Assembly: GCA_902775565.1 (NCBI GenBank)
Contig: CACYMP010000005.1
Coordinates: 17,911-81,910 of the forward strand
DNA length: 64,000 bases
Direction of reading: 5' to 3'
Source: Oscillospiraceae bacterium
Lineage (GTDB): Bacteria > Bacillota > Clostridia > Saccharofermentanales > Saccharofermentanaceae
The notes beneath the pieces are model-generated. The model was not told the DNA's origin. It worked only from the letters and a program-made list of their open reading frames with translations, and ran no database searches. Positions 35,756 through 45,286 of the stretch are shown here, in pieces (position 1 is the first letter of the stretch; each line of letters starts with the position of its first letter). The translations under genes were made by a program, and so were the position numbers.

Positions 35756-36451
35756 ATGGGTGATAAGAAGAATAAAGAGAAGATAACTACCAGTGACGGT
35801 CACGTGCTTACAGAAGCTGAGATAAAGCGTCAGGCAGCTTTTGATGAGAAGGAGAAGAAGCTCCTTGAAAAAGGCTATGAGCGTAAGGACATACAGATAT
35901 CGGTACTTACGGCGAATTTCGTCGGCATCTTACTGACACTTCCTTTTGTTGCCATCATCGTTGCCGGATACATATTAAGAAACGGCATGTTTGATTTCCA
36001 TAAAGTATTGGATGAGAATCCTGTGCTGTATTTCGCGGGGATCGGCGGGATCTTAGCCGCTTCGATCGTTCTTACCGTAGTTCACGAAAAGATACACGGA
36101 TGGTTCTGGACCATCGGTGCAGAGAATGGCAAGAAGGACATCGAATTCGGTTTTCAGAAAGAGACATTTACGCCTTACTGCACCTGCACTTCACCTCTTA
36201 CCAAATCCATGTATATCCTGGGTTCCATGATGCCTATGACGATACTTGGAGTAGTGCTCGGAATTGTCTCGATATTTGTCGGCAGTTTTATCCTGCTGGC
36301 GATCAGTGTGATCCAGATAATCGGCGGCGCAGGCGATATCCTTATCACTGCGATGCTTCTTTTCCATAAGACCAAGGGCAAGGATGTTGTACTTCTTGAT
36401 CACCCGACAAAGATCGGACTTGTAGCTTTCGAGAAAGAAAAAGAGACCTGA
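35756..36451 (+). CDS. DUF3267-like putative membrane zinc metalloprotease
   Basis: TM helices plus an HExxH motif (VHEKIHGW). Confidence 0.6.
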   Translation: MGDKKNKEKITTSDGHVLTEAEIKRQAAFDEKEKKLLEKGYERKDIQISVLTANFVGILLTLPFVAIIVAGYILRNGMFDFHKVLDENPVLYFAGIGGILAASIVLTVVHEKIHGWFWTIGAENGKKDIEFGFQKETFTPYCTCTSPLTKSMYILGSMMPMTILGVVLGIVSIFVGSFILLAISVIQIIGGAGDILITAMLLFHKTKGKDVVLLDHPTKIGLVAFEKEKET

Positions 36452-36533
36452 TCACACTAGCCAAACTCAATTTGTTAAATTGATACATGAACGATACACT
36501 GTACATGTAACATACTCTTGACGGAGGAGATTC

Positions 36534-37202
36534 ATGTACAGGGTGTTGCTGGTTGAAGATGACAGCCAGATAAGGCAGGTCATCGGGGATTATTTCGGAA
36601 GGCGCGATCAGATTGCGCTGGATTTTGCTGAGGATGGGAATATAGGCCTGTCCAAGTTCCTCAACGGATCCTACGACCTTATCGTACTCGACATCATGAT
36701 GCCCGGAATTGACGGCTTTGAACTCTGCAAGCTCATCAGGAAGAAATCGGATATACCGGTCGTATTCCTGACGGGAAAAGTGAGGGAGGAAGATGCCCTC
36801 TACGGCTATGAGATAGGCGCTGACGATTATATCGTGAAGCCTTTTTCGATAGCGGTCTTGTACAGCAAACTGCTCGCAATGCTCGAACGGACAACGACTG
36901 AACATGAATCAAGAAAGATCATTGAGAGTGGAAAGATAACTGTTGATCCCGTGAAGTTTGAAGTCACCGTCTCAGGAGAAATAGTCGATCTGCCGCCCAA
37001 AGAGTATCAGATCCTTAAGTACATGATGCAGCATCCGGGTGCCGCCATAACCAGAAAGCTTCTGCTGGCTGTTGCCTGGGGCGATGACATGTACATCACC
37101 GAGCGCGTAATAGATAACCGCGTGAAGAACCTCCGCCACAAACTTGGTAAAGAAGGAGCCCGCATCAAGACTCTCATAGGAGTAGGATACAGGTTCGACT
37201 AA
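36534..37202 (+). CDS. OmpR-family response regulator
   Basis: Receiver domain (LLVEDD...LDIMMPGIDG) plus a winged-helix output (LPPKEYQILKYM...GVGYRF). Confidence 0.9.
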   Translation: MYRVLLVEDDSQIRQVIGDYFGRRDQIALDFAEDGNIGLSKFLNGSYDLIVLDIMMPGIDGFELCKLIRKKSDIPVVFLTGKVREEDALYGYEIGADDYIVKPFSIAVLYSKLLAMLERTTTEHESRKIIESGKITVDPVKFEVTVSGEIVDLPPKEYQILKYMMQHPGAAITRKLLLAVAWGDDMYITERVIDNRVKNLRHKLGKEGARIKTLIGVGYRFD

Positions 37203-37217
37203 GGGGAGGAGTTACAA

Positions 37218-38939
37218 ATGAAAAGAAAAAGTTATTTCAGTTTCCTATTGCCGAGACTGGTTGCAGGATTACTTGTTGCAGCAGTCGTGTTTAGCATATC
37301 GCAAGGCACTATAGTGCATGCTTACAACAGCGCGATCGATTCCGGATGGAACAGACGCCGTGAAAGATATGAGAGTCTTGTCAGAAACTATGCTGAAGGT
37401 AAAACCGGTGATGTTTTTATCAGTATTCTCACGAATTTCTTCACGGCAGATTACTACAGGTTCGCAGAGGTAAGAGAAGACGGCAGCTTTAATACAATAG
37501 CTGAGAGTGATTACAAAAGTCTGCCGATGGAAGACGAGATGCGTCGCTGGTATTATGTTACCAACGACAAGGACCTTCTTGCAAAAGGCAAAAGAACTGA
37601 AATCGTCGGTAACAGCGAGTGGACGATCGAATATAAGAAATGTGACGAGGCCTGGCTTTTCAAAGACTATGCTGATACAAGTGTAGTCAACAGTTGGGAT
37701 CTTGCTGCCCAGTCCGATCTGTATTTATCAAACAGGCTTTTCACTTTGGCTCTTGATTACAGCGGGTATTCCCAGTATCGCAGTCCGGTGGCTCAAACCT
37801 TCTATGCGGAAGGAGACACGCTTCACCTCGGAAAAGTTGTCGAGTCATTTGGTATGACGTATGAAACGGATAAGGCTCCCTTCTATGCTAAGAAATGGGA
37901 TTTTACCGATGCTTCAAAAGCAGACCGGTATATTAACATAGACAGTGGCGGTTTTCAAAAAGACCTGCTTTTATTTCCCGTACGCGTTCGTCCTGATGAA
38001 TTCTTAAAATCTAACAACGGACTGTTTCTTGCAAACAGCATGAGCGAGCTTCAAAAAGCATATGAGCTCAGAGAAGAAGATTACAAAGATGAAAACTTTG
38101 AAGCTTTGTTTAAAGAGTTTGCAGAAAACAAGCGCACAGACGGAAGATATAGATATAGAGTCAATGAGCTGAGTTTGGACGGCTGCGGAGCCATTGATTT
38201 CTACAAGATCAACGGAAAACTCTATGTTGTTGAATTTATCATTAAAAATGTTCAGGCGGATTATTTCTTCCGGCCGTTCTACATCGTAATGGCTGTTTTT
38301 CTCGCGCTGGCTGCAGTTGTAATTTCGCTGCTCGTATCGATCAAGCCTTACAGCCAGTATAAGAAGGCATATGAAAACAATATCTTTAAGAATAATCTCA
38401 TCGATTCACTGGCCCACAACATGAAGACGCCTCTGCAGATCCTCGGAGGTTATGCTGAGAACCTGAAAGACGTTACAAGTGATGCCGATAAGGACCGATA
38501 TGCCGATCAGATCCTTGCGAAAACCGCTGAGATGAACAAGGACATAGAATCGATCCTTAAGACTGCTGAAAGATCTGACAGGAAGCTCTCCAAAGAGTCT
38601 GTCCGTTCATGTATCGGCGAGGTAGCGTCAAAGCTCGGCGAAGATGTTCAGATAAAGGGCGATACGCAGATAAAGATGGACAAGGAATACTTCAATACTG
38701 CGATCTATTGTCTGCTGGATAACGCAGCGAAATATAAGAGCAAAGATTCCAAGATAGAGGTTGATATTTCCGGCAAAGCGGTTACGATCAGGAACAAGAC
38801 TGATAAGGATAATTTCACTCCGGGAACCGGCATTGCCATTGCCGGAAGGATATTGGAGCAGCATAAGCTGGTGCTTGAGACTAAATTGAAGGATGGAGTT
38901 TTCGAAGCCCGGTTCGGCAAAAAGGCAGGGAAGAAATAA
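37218..38939 (+). CDS. Sensor histidine kinase with a large (~330 aa) extracytoplasmic domain
   Basis: Two TM helices flank a large loop. H-box SLAHNMKTPLQ. The C-terminal HATPase region is short and divergent (NAAKY...). Confidence 0.8.
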   Translation: MKRKSYFSFLLPRLVAGLLVAAVVFSISQGTIVHAYNSAIDSGWNRRRERYESLVRNYAEGKTGDVFISILTNFFTADYYRFAEVREDGSFNTIAESDYKSLPMEDEMRRWYYVTNDKDLLAKGKRTEIVGNSEWTIEYKKCDEAWLFKDYADTSVVNSWDLAAQSDLYLSNRLFTLALDYSGYSQYRSPVAQTFYAEGDTLHLGKVVESFGMTYETDKAPFYAKKWDFTDASKADRYINIDSGGFQKDLLLFPVRVRPDEFLKSNNGLFLANSMSELQKAYELREEDYKDENFEALFKEFAENKRTDGRYRYRVNELSLDGCGAIDFYKINGKLYVVEFIIKNVQADYFFRPFYIVMAVFLALAAVVISLLVSIKPYSQYKKAYENNIFKNNLIDSLAHNMKTPLQILGGYAENLKDVTSDADKDRYADQILAKTAEMNKDIESILKTAERSDRKLSKESVRSCIGEVASKLGEDVQIKGDTQIKMDKEYFNTAIYCLLDNAAKYKSKDSKIEVDISGKAVTIRNKTDKDNFTPGTGIAIAGRILEQHKLVLETKLKDGVFEARFGKKAGKK

Positions 38940-39013
38940 GAAATCTATGGATGGGGGCTGCTTTTTTGGAGCAGCCCTTTTCTTTTGCTATAATGAAACC
39001 ATTGAGGTGGATC

Positions 39014-39670
39014 ATGACGCGCATTCTCATAATCGAAGACGATAAAGATATTAATAAGATAGTGTCCGGTCTTTTGAAGAAGAACGGATATGAAGTTGAA
39101 TGCGCGTTTAATGGAAAAGAGGCTGAACCAAAGATAAAGACGGTTCCGGATCTAATCCTTATGGATCTCATGCTGCCTGACACGAAGGGTGAAGAACTGC
39201 TTAAGATCGTTCCGGACGGCACACCCGTGATCGCTGTAAGCGCGAGGAGCAGCGTAGACGATAAAGTAGATCTTTTATCACTTGGCTGCGTTGATTACAT
39301 AACCAAACCTTTCGACAACAAAGAGCTTCTTGCAAGGATAGAAGTTGCATTGAAATTCAAGAAGAAAACGCAGTCGTTTGAATTTGCGAATCTCACAATG
39401 GACGAAGCTTCGCACGGTGTAACAGTTGACGGAAAACCCGTAAGACTTACGCCGACTGAATACGCGATAATAAAAGTTCTGCTCGTTAACAGTGACAGGG
39501 TAATATCCAAATCCGAACTGCTTGAAGCAGCTACAAAATTCACTCCGGATCTGGTTGAAGATTCTCTTAAAGTGCATATGAGCAACCTGCGCAGAAAGCT
39601 TAAACAGGCGGGCTTTGGCGGCGAGATCGAATCGGTCTGGGGCATAGGATTCAGGTTAACTGTTTCTTAA
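39014..39670 (+). CDS. OmpR-family response regulator
   Basis: MTRILIIEDDKD...LMDLMLPDTKG receiver plus a winged-helix output (LTPTEYAIIKVL...GIGFRL). ATG at 39014 follows GAGGTGG. Confidence 0.9.
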   Translation: MTRILIIEDDKDINKIVSGLLKKNGYEVECAFNGKEAEPKIKTVPDLILMDLMLPDTKGEELLKIVPDGTPVIAVSARSSVDDKVDLLSLGCVDYITKPFDNKELLARIEVALKFKKKTQSFEFANLTMDEASHGVTVDGKPVRLTPTEYAIIKVLLVNSDRVISKSELLEAATKFTPDLVEDSLKVHMSNLRRKLKQAGFGGEIESVWGIGFRLTVS

Positions 39671-39722
39671 CTGTTTTTGAAAGATGCCATGGTATATCCT
39701 CTAGCTATGGAGGTGGAAAACC

Positions 39723-40589
39723 ATGGAATATATCCTTACAACAGATTCACTCACTAAGAAGTATAAGAAGCACGAAGCATTGAAAGATGTTTCGATCAAT
39801 GTACCCAAGGGTTCCATCTTCGGACTTATCGGCAAGAACGGTGCCGGTAAGACAACACTTATGAGGATCGTATCGGGTCTTCAGGAACAGAATAAGGGAA
39901 CATTTAAGATCGCCTGCCCCGTTATCGGAGCTCTCATCGATACTCCCGCTTATTACAGAACTCTCAATGCATATGAGAACCTGAAGATCCAGTATATGAA
40001 TCTTGGTCTTACTTCTTATGAGACTATCCCTGAGATAATCAATCTTGTAGGTCTTGAGATAGCCGGCAAAAAGCCTGTCATGTCCTATTCTTTCGGTATG
40101 CGCCAGCGATTAGGTCTTGCGATCGCACTCTGCGGTTTTCCCGATCTTGTTATCCTCGACGAACCTATCAACGGATTAGATCCCCAGGGAATAGTCGTTA
40201 TTAGGGAACTTATCCTAAAGCTCAACAAAGAGCGCGGAATGACGTTCATCATATCAAGCCATCTGCTAGATGAGCTCGCCAAGGTGGCAACTGATTTCGC
40301 GTTCATCGATGATGGAAAGATCATCAAGCAGATCAGTGCGGATGAACTGCATGTTGAATCGGGAAAGACAGTGTATGCGAAAGTATCTGATGCTACTGTT
40401 CTTTGCAGACTGCTCGATGATAAAGGTTTGGCATATGAGATTAAAGGCGATAACACTCTTACTGTCAGGGGTGATATTACATTGACCGTCATGAATGAAT
40501 TGTCGAAAGAGGCCGGCTGCGAGCTGCTCGAATTCAATTACGCTGATACGAGCCTTGAAGGCTATTTCATTAATCTTTTGGAGGGATGA
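39723..40589 (+). CDS. ABC transporter ATP-binding protein (bacitracin/lantibiotic-export type)
   Basis: Walker A GKNGAGKTT, signature-like YSFGMRQR, Walker B LVILDEP. Confidence 0.9.
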   Translation: MEYILTTDSLTKKYKKHEALKDVSINVPKGSIFGLIGKNGAGKTTLMRIVSGLQEQNKGTFKIACPVIGALIDTPAYYRTLNAYENLKIQYMNLGLTSYETIPEIINLVGLEIAGKKPVMSYSFGMRQRLGLAIALCGFPDLVILDEPINGLDPQGIVVIRELILKLNKERGMTFIISSHLLDELAKVATDFAFIDDGKIIKQISADELHVESGKTVYAKVSDATVLCRLLDDKGLAYEIKGDNTLTVRGDITLTVMNELSKEAGCELLEFNYADTSLEGYFINLLEG

Positions 40590-40590
40590 T

Positions 40591-41712
40591 ATGTCACGCG
40601 TATTTAAACCAATGACATACCGTTTGGTTCGCAGTAAGCTGGTATGGATTATTGTGGCGGCACTCGTATTGCTTGAAGTGTTAACTTTGTTTTTCGGCGG
40701 TTCGAACGGAAAATACTCTGAATGCTTTAAAAATCACGCAACATATACACACCATGACCATGAGACTGAGACTGACGTGACGGAATTTGCCAAGTTTGAA
40801 GAAGAGGATCCGCTTATCGTCAGTAAGTTTACTCAGAATGTCTACATGGGCATTTTTGATTTTCTTCAAGGCAAGACGAATGAGTACGAAGTATCCATTG
40901 CCAATTGCGGCTCGGTCAGTGAACTCCTGGCAATGGTCCTGCTCACCATATTTGCAGCTGATGCATTATTCGTAATGGTATTCTTCGGCGAGATGTTCTC
41001 AGACGGTGCGATACGCAACATGGTTACTGTTAATACAAGTAAAGTAGCAGTCTTTCTTGTATCAGTTATCTTGAACGCAATTATGTGCCTGTTCATGTAT
41101 ATCCTGGTTTTTGCTGTTCTTGCGGCCTGCACCCTTATCGCCGGATTCTATCCGATTTTTTATGCGCCTGCTCTTATTGCAGCTGTTCTTACAGGATTTC
41201 TTGTTACAGTAACGCTTACTTCGCTGTTTATCCTAATACTTTTTGTTGACCAGATTCCGATTGTTTCATTCGTATTCTGCGGTGCGATCGTAGCCTTGGC
41301 ACTTGTCAGCCTGACCGCAAATGATGCAGTCTTTGCAAGACCTTATTCGATTGACAACGAGCAGATCAAGAGCTTCGTTGAGGGCGGATATAAGGTCTCC
41401 GGTGAAGGTGAATGGTATTTCCCCGTTGATGATTTCCGTGTCGGAAGAGTTTATTATCCCGCAGACAATGAGACTGTTGAGTTTCTGTCAGACAAGCCGA
41501 ATCCGTACTATCCGGGCGATACGGCAGTCGGTGTTGCGCGTGTTTTCTACCGCGCAAACATCATGAACCTTCCGTTTGAGATTGAGCAATTTTTTATCTA
41601 TCCGATGTACCGTGACGGATTGTTTGCCAGATACGCAGTATTCTCCGCAGGGTATCTTGTGCTCATACTGACGGGCGGATGCTATATCGTCAGCAAACGT
41701 AATTTCAATTGA
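40591..41712 (+). CDS. Atypical ABC-2-like permease, paralogue A
   Basis: Multi-TM protein. It shares FGEMFSDGAIRNM and C-terminal PNPYYPGDTAVGVARVFYRANIMNLPFE motifs with the next gene. Confidence 0.65.
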   Translation: MSRVFKPMTYRLVRSKLVWIIVAALVLLEVLTLFFGGSNGKYSECFKNHATYTHHDHETETDVTEFAKFEEEDPLIVSKFTQNVYMGIFDFLQGKTNEYEVSIANCGSVSELLAMVLLTIFAADALFVMVFFGEMFSDGAIRNMVTVNTSKVAVFLVSVILNAIMCLFMYILVFAVLAACTLIAGFYPIFYAPALIAAVLTGFLVTVTLTSLFILILFVDQIPIVSFVFCGAIVALALVSLTANDAVFARPYSIDNEQIKSFVEGGYKVSGEGEWYFPVDDFRVGRVYYPADNETVEFLSDKPNPYYPGDTAVGVARVFYRANIMNLPFEIEQFFIYPMYRDGLFARYAVFSAGYLVLILTGGCYIVSKRNFN

Positions 41713-41723
41713 GAGGTGTTACC

Positions 41724-42809
41724 ATGATTAAGCTTGTCAGATCTATGCTATACAGAGCGACACACGATATCTTTTTCTACATCGCAATAGGAGCCTGCAT
41801 CATCTTCTCGCTGCTGATCATAGGTTTTTCGGGATCGAAGCTGAAGAATCATGTCCTGTCTGTATATGATGAGAACGTCACAGTCGAATATGAGAAAGAA
41901 GATGCTCTCAATGCCGGGAAGCATTATTTCGGCCCTGATGTCTATTATCACACAATTCCCGGAAAAGATGTCTTATACAGGGATTCAATGAAGAACTTGT
42001 ATATGGTGGACATGATAACAGCTGTTGCTGCGATCCTTGTATTGATAATAACTGTTTTGTATGACGTTCTCTATTTCGGTGAGATGTATTCAAAAGGCGC
42101 GATACGCAATATGATATCGGCCGGTGCAGACAAGCGTAAAGTGTTTCTGTCATCACTTATTATGAATGCGGTGTTTTTGTTTGCGTTTTCACTAGTAAGT
42201 GTTCTTGTTATCGCGGTATATACAAAAATCAACGGATTGTATGCGATCATTTATTTCCCATCATTTGCCGTTTTGTTCCTTGCTGAATTCATGGTAGGAA
42301 TTGTTTTCAGTTCTCTTGCTGTTTTAGCCGTCTTTATTGTACAGCGCCCTTTTAAAGCTCTTCTTGTCATAATAGCTTGTGTTGTTGTGTTTGGAATGCT
42401 GGGCAATGCGATGGATTTTGGTACGGCATTTGATATGAAATATGAGGTGAATAAAACAGCGTACCAGGCTTTCTTTAATAAGATCAAAGACAGCGATCTG
42501 GGCTTTGAAGTGTATTTCCCGTGTGACGGATTCACTATGTATGCAGTCCGCAAAGCTGATGGATCTTTATATTCTGATTTCTTGACTGACACTCCTAATC
42601 CCGATTATTCCGGTGATGCCAAAGTTACTCTCGCAAGGATCTTGTGGAGGATGAACATTGGAATGATACCGCTGGAATTGATCACCTGGGGACAGTATCC
42701 GCTCTTCAGAGACGGTGTCGCTTACAGGTATATCGCAGTATCAGCAGTATATCTGATCATCCTGGCAGGAGCAGGATGCGTTGCCGTTAAACGTAGGAAT
42801 ATTATATAA
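41724..42809 (+). CDS. Atypical ABC-2-like permease, paralogue B
   Basis: Collinear with the previous gene (FGEMYSKGAIRNM; PNPDYSGDAKVTLARILWRMNIGMIPLE). Confidence 0.65.
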   Translation: MIKLVRSMLYRATHDIFFYIAIGACIIFSLLIIGFSGSKLKNHVLSVYDENVTVEYEKEDALNAGKHYFGPDVYYHTIPGKDVLYRDSMKNLYMVDMITAVAAILVLIITVLYDVLYFGEMYSKGAIRNMISAGADKRKVFLSSLIMNAVFLFAFSLVSVLVIAVYTKINGLYAIIYFPSFAVLFLAEFMVGIVFSSLAVLAVFIVQRPFKALLVIIACVVVFGMLGNAMDFGTAFDMKYEVNKTAYQAFFNKIKDSDLGFEVYFPCDGFTMYAVRKADGSLYSDFLTDTPNPDYSGDAKVTLARILWRMNIGMIPLELITWGQYPLFRDGVAYRYIAVSAVYLIILAGAGCVAVKRRNII

Positions 42810-42816
42810 TCTTTGC

Positions 42817-43719
42817 ATGTTGCCTTTTATACTGATCTGTATCTGTATCGCTTTAGCGGTAACCGTAACAGCCCTTATCTTTAAGGTGCTTCTGCTCAAG
42901 CGCGCATTCGGCGAGATTGACGATCAGGTTAAGGATCACTTGGATGGCACGAATTCTTCTGTATTTCAGCTTTCGACCTCTGATAAGAATGCCCGTAAGC
43001 TCGCAAACGATCTGAACGGAGCACTCCAAGAGCTCCATGAGGAACGCGTATTCCTCAAAGACGGCGACAAGCGCATGAAGGAAAATGTTACCGCGATCTC
43101 ACACGACCTGAGGACACCGCTTACCGCCATCAATTCGTATGTCGATCTGCTCGAAAGCGAGAACGATGAGGCGAAGAGAAAAGAATACTTAGAACGTATC
43201 AAGGAAAGGACTTCTGAGCTTAAGGATCTGACCGGAGAGCTCTTCAAGTATTCCGTTTCTTCAGATGTGCAGTACGATTCCCAGCTGTCGACCGAGGAGC
43301 TTGATCTTCAGAGCATAATCGAGAACAGCCTTATCTCTTTTTATAAAGAATTCACATCGAAAGGTATCGTTCCTCAAACTGATTTTCCGTCTGAAAAGGT
43401 TACGGTCAACAGCAACCGTAAGACGCTGATGCGCATATTTGATAATGTGTTCAGCAATGCCACGAAATATGCCTCGTCGTTGTCTGTTAAGCTTACTTCT
43501 GATGGTGTTGTGACTGTTACTAACGATGCGCCCGGACTTACAGCGGTTCAGGTCTCCAAACTGTTCGATAAGTATTACACCGTTAATGACGGCAGCGATT
43601 CTACTGGTCTGGGGCTTTCGATAGCAAAAGAGTTAACCGGTAAGATGGGCGGCAGCATTTCGGCCACTCTAAATGACGGAATGCTCACGATAACGATCGA
43701 ATTTAAGAAGGTCTTATGA
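42817..43719 (+). CDS. Intramembrane-sensing-type histidine kinase (short N-terminus)
   Basis: Single N-terminal hydrophobic segment. H-box AISHDLRTPLTAI, N-box NVFSNATKY, G-box STGLGLSIAKE. Confidence 0.85.
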   Translation: MLPFILICICIALAVTVTALIFKVLLLKRAFGEIDDQVKDHLDGTNSSVFQLSTSDKNARKLANDLNGALQELHEERVFLKDGDKRMKENVTAISHDLRTPLTAINSYVDLLESENDEAKRKEYLERIKERTSELKDLTGELFKYSVSSDVQYDSQLSTEELDLQSIIENSLISFYKEFTSKGIVPQTDFPSEKVTVNSNRKTLMRIFDNVFSNATKYASSLSVKLTSDGVVTVTNDAPGLTAVQVSKLFDKYYTVNDGSDSTGLGLSIAKELTGKMGGSISATLNDGMLTITIEFKKVL

Positions 43720-44033
43720 CGGACGTAAACAGGAAAAGAATTACACCCGAGATGAGGATCTCCCGCATGGAGGAGATTTTCGATAAAGCTTTGGATATAA
43801 TAGGCAGGGCAAAAGAATGCCCGGAAGACTTCTTTGCGTTTCAGAGTGAGATAAGAAAGCTCGAAAAGTACTATACCGGCAGAAGCTGGAAGAAGGATTT
43901 CGAGCTTGATGAGCAGGGAAAACTGCCAAAAGATCTGAAACGGGGTGTTCTTTCTGAAGACGGGGTATATAATCTCCTCGAAAGAAACAAAGAACTCCTG
44001 GAGGAGTTACAAGGAGAAGATACTGATGACTAA
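43716..44033 (+). CDS. Small coiled-coil protein (DUF4298-like)
   Basis: 105 aa, charged and helical. ATGA overlap with the kinase gene. Confidence 0.5.
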   Translation: MTDVNRKRITPEMRISRMEEIFDKALDIIGRAKECPEDFFAFQSEIRKLEKYYTGRSWKKDFELDEQGKLPKDLKRGVLSEDGVYNLLERNKELLEELQGEDTDD

Positions 44034-44202
44034 CTGCGAGACTTGCGCATATGTATATTTCGATGAGATCACGGGCGAAGCCATATGTGACCTCGATCTT
44101 GATGAGGATGAGCTCTTAAGGCTTTCTCAGATCAGGAGCAAGGACTGCCCTTATTACAAGGACGGCGACGAGTATAAGAACGTAAGACATCAGGTAGAAT
44201 AA
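44026..44202 (+). CDS. Small acidic Cys-containing protein (DUF6472-like)
   Basis: MTNCETCAYVYFDEITGEAICDLDLDEDE...CPYYKDGDEY. The start overlaps the previous stop. Confidence 0.5.
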   Translation: MTNCETCAYVYFDEITGEAICDLDLDEDELLRLSQIRSKDCPYYKDGDEYKNVRHQVE

Positions 44203-44209
44203 GACCTTT

Positions 44210-45268
44210 ATGGATAATGAGTTTAAGAACATCGTAGATTCACTTAAGGCAACTAAGAGCATCACACGCGATCAGTTTGCATACCTTTTGGAAAAAGACG
44301 GCGAAGACAACAGGGAATACCTCTTTGAAGCGGCAAGAGAAGTCGCCGAGCAGGTATTCCACAAGGAAGTATATCTTCGCGGTCTGATAGAATTCACCAA
44401 CTACTGCAGGAATAACTGCTACTACTGCGGCATCCGCTGCGGCAATGCAAATGCCGACAGATACAGGCTTACTGAAGTAGAGATACTCTCATGCTGCGAC
44501 AGAGGCGAGAAGCTGGGTTTTAAGACATTCGTTTTGCAGGGCGGTGAAGACCCGTTCTATACGGATGAGAAGATCTGCAGCCTTGTAAGAAAGATCAAGG
44601 CAGCCCATCCTTCGTGCGCAGTCACGCTCTCGATCGGCGAGAAGTCTTATGACAGCTACAGGAAGTATTTCGAAGCAGGCGCCGACAGATATCTTCTGCG
44701 TCACGAGACTGCTAATGAAGAGCACTATTCAAAGCTTCATCCTGAATCGATGTCGGGAGCTTTACGCAAGCAGTGCTTGAGAAATCTCAAAGAGATTGGC
44801 TTCCAGGTTGGTTGCGGCATAATGGTGGGAACGCCTTTCCAGACGACTGACAACATCTACGAGGATATCCTCTTCATGCAGGAACTTCAGCCTCACATGA
44901 TCGGCATAGGCCCGTTCATTCCGCATAAGGACACACCGTTCAGGGACGAGCCTGAGGGAAGTGTTGAAATTACGCTCAGATTGCTTTCTATCCTCAGGTT
45001 ACTGTTCCCCAAGGTTCTTTTGCCTGCCACGACCGCTCTCGGCACTGCAGACGCTATAGGAAGGGAAAAAGGTATACTTGCGGGCGCCAATGTCATGATG
45101 CCCAATCTGTCACCGGTAAAGGTGCGCGATAAGTATCTGCTTTACGACGGCAAGATATGCACCGGCGAAGAAGCCGCGGAATGCAATCAGTGCATGAGAA
45201 GAAGAGTCGAGCATATAGGTTTCCACGTAGCTGATACGAGGGGCGACCACCCGGATTTCGTTAACTGA
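44210..45268 (+). CDS. hydE: [FeFe]-hydrogenase H-cluster radical-SAM maturase HydE
   Basis: CRNNCYYCGIR radical-SAM triad, RYRLTEVEIL, VLQGGEDP. ~350 aa with a BioB-like fold pattern typical of HydE. Confidence 0.8.
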   Translation: MDNEFKNIVDSLKATKSITRDQFAYLLEKDGEDNREYLFEAAREVAEQVFHKEVYLRGLIEFTNYCRNNCYYCGIRCGNANADRYRLTEVEILSCCDRGEKLGFKTFVLQGGEDPFYTDEKICSLVRKIKAAHPSCAVTLSIGEKSYDSYRKYFEAGADRYLLRHETANEEHYSKLHPESMSGALRKQCLRNLKEIGFQVGCGIMVGTPFQTTDNIYEDILFMQELQPHMIGIGPFIPHKDTPFRDEPEGSVEITLRLLSILRLLFPKVLLPATTALGTADAIGREKGILAGANVMMPNLSPVKVRDKYLLYDGKICTGEEAAECNQCMRRRVEHIGFHVADTRGDHPDFVN

Positions 45269-45286
45269 TCTCAGGAGATCTTGAAG

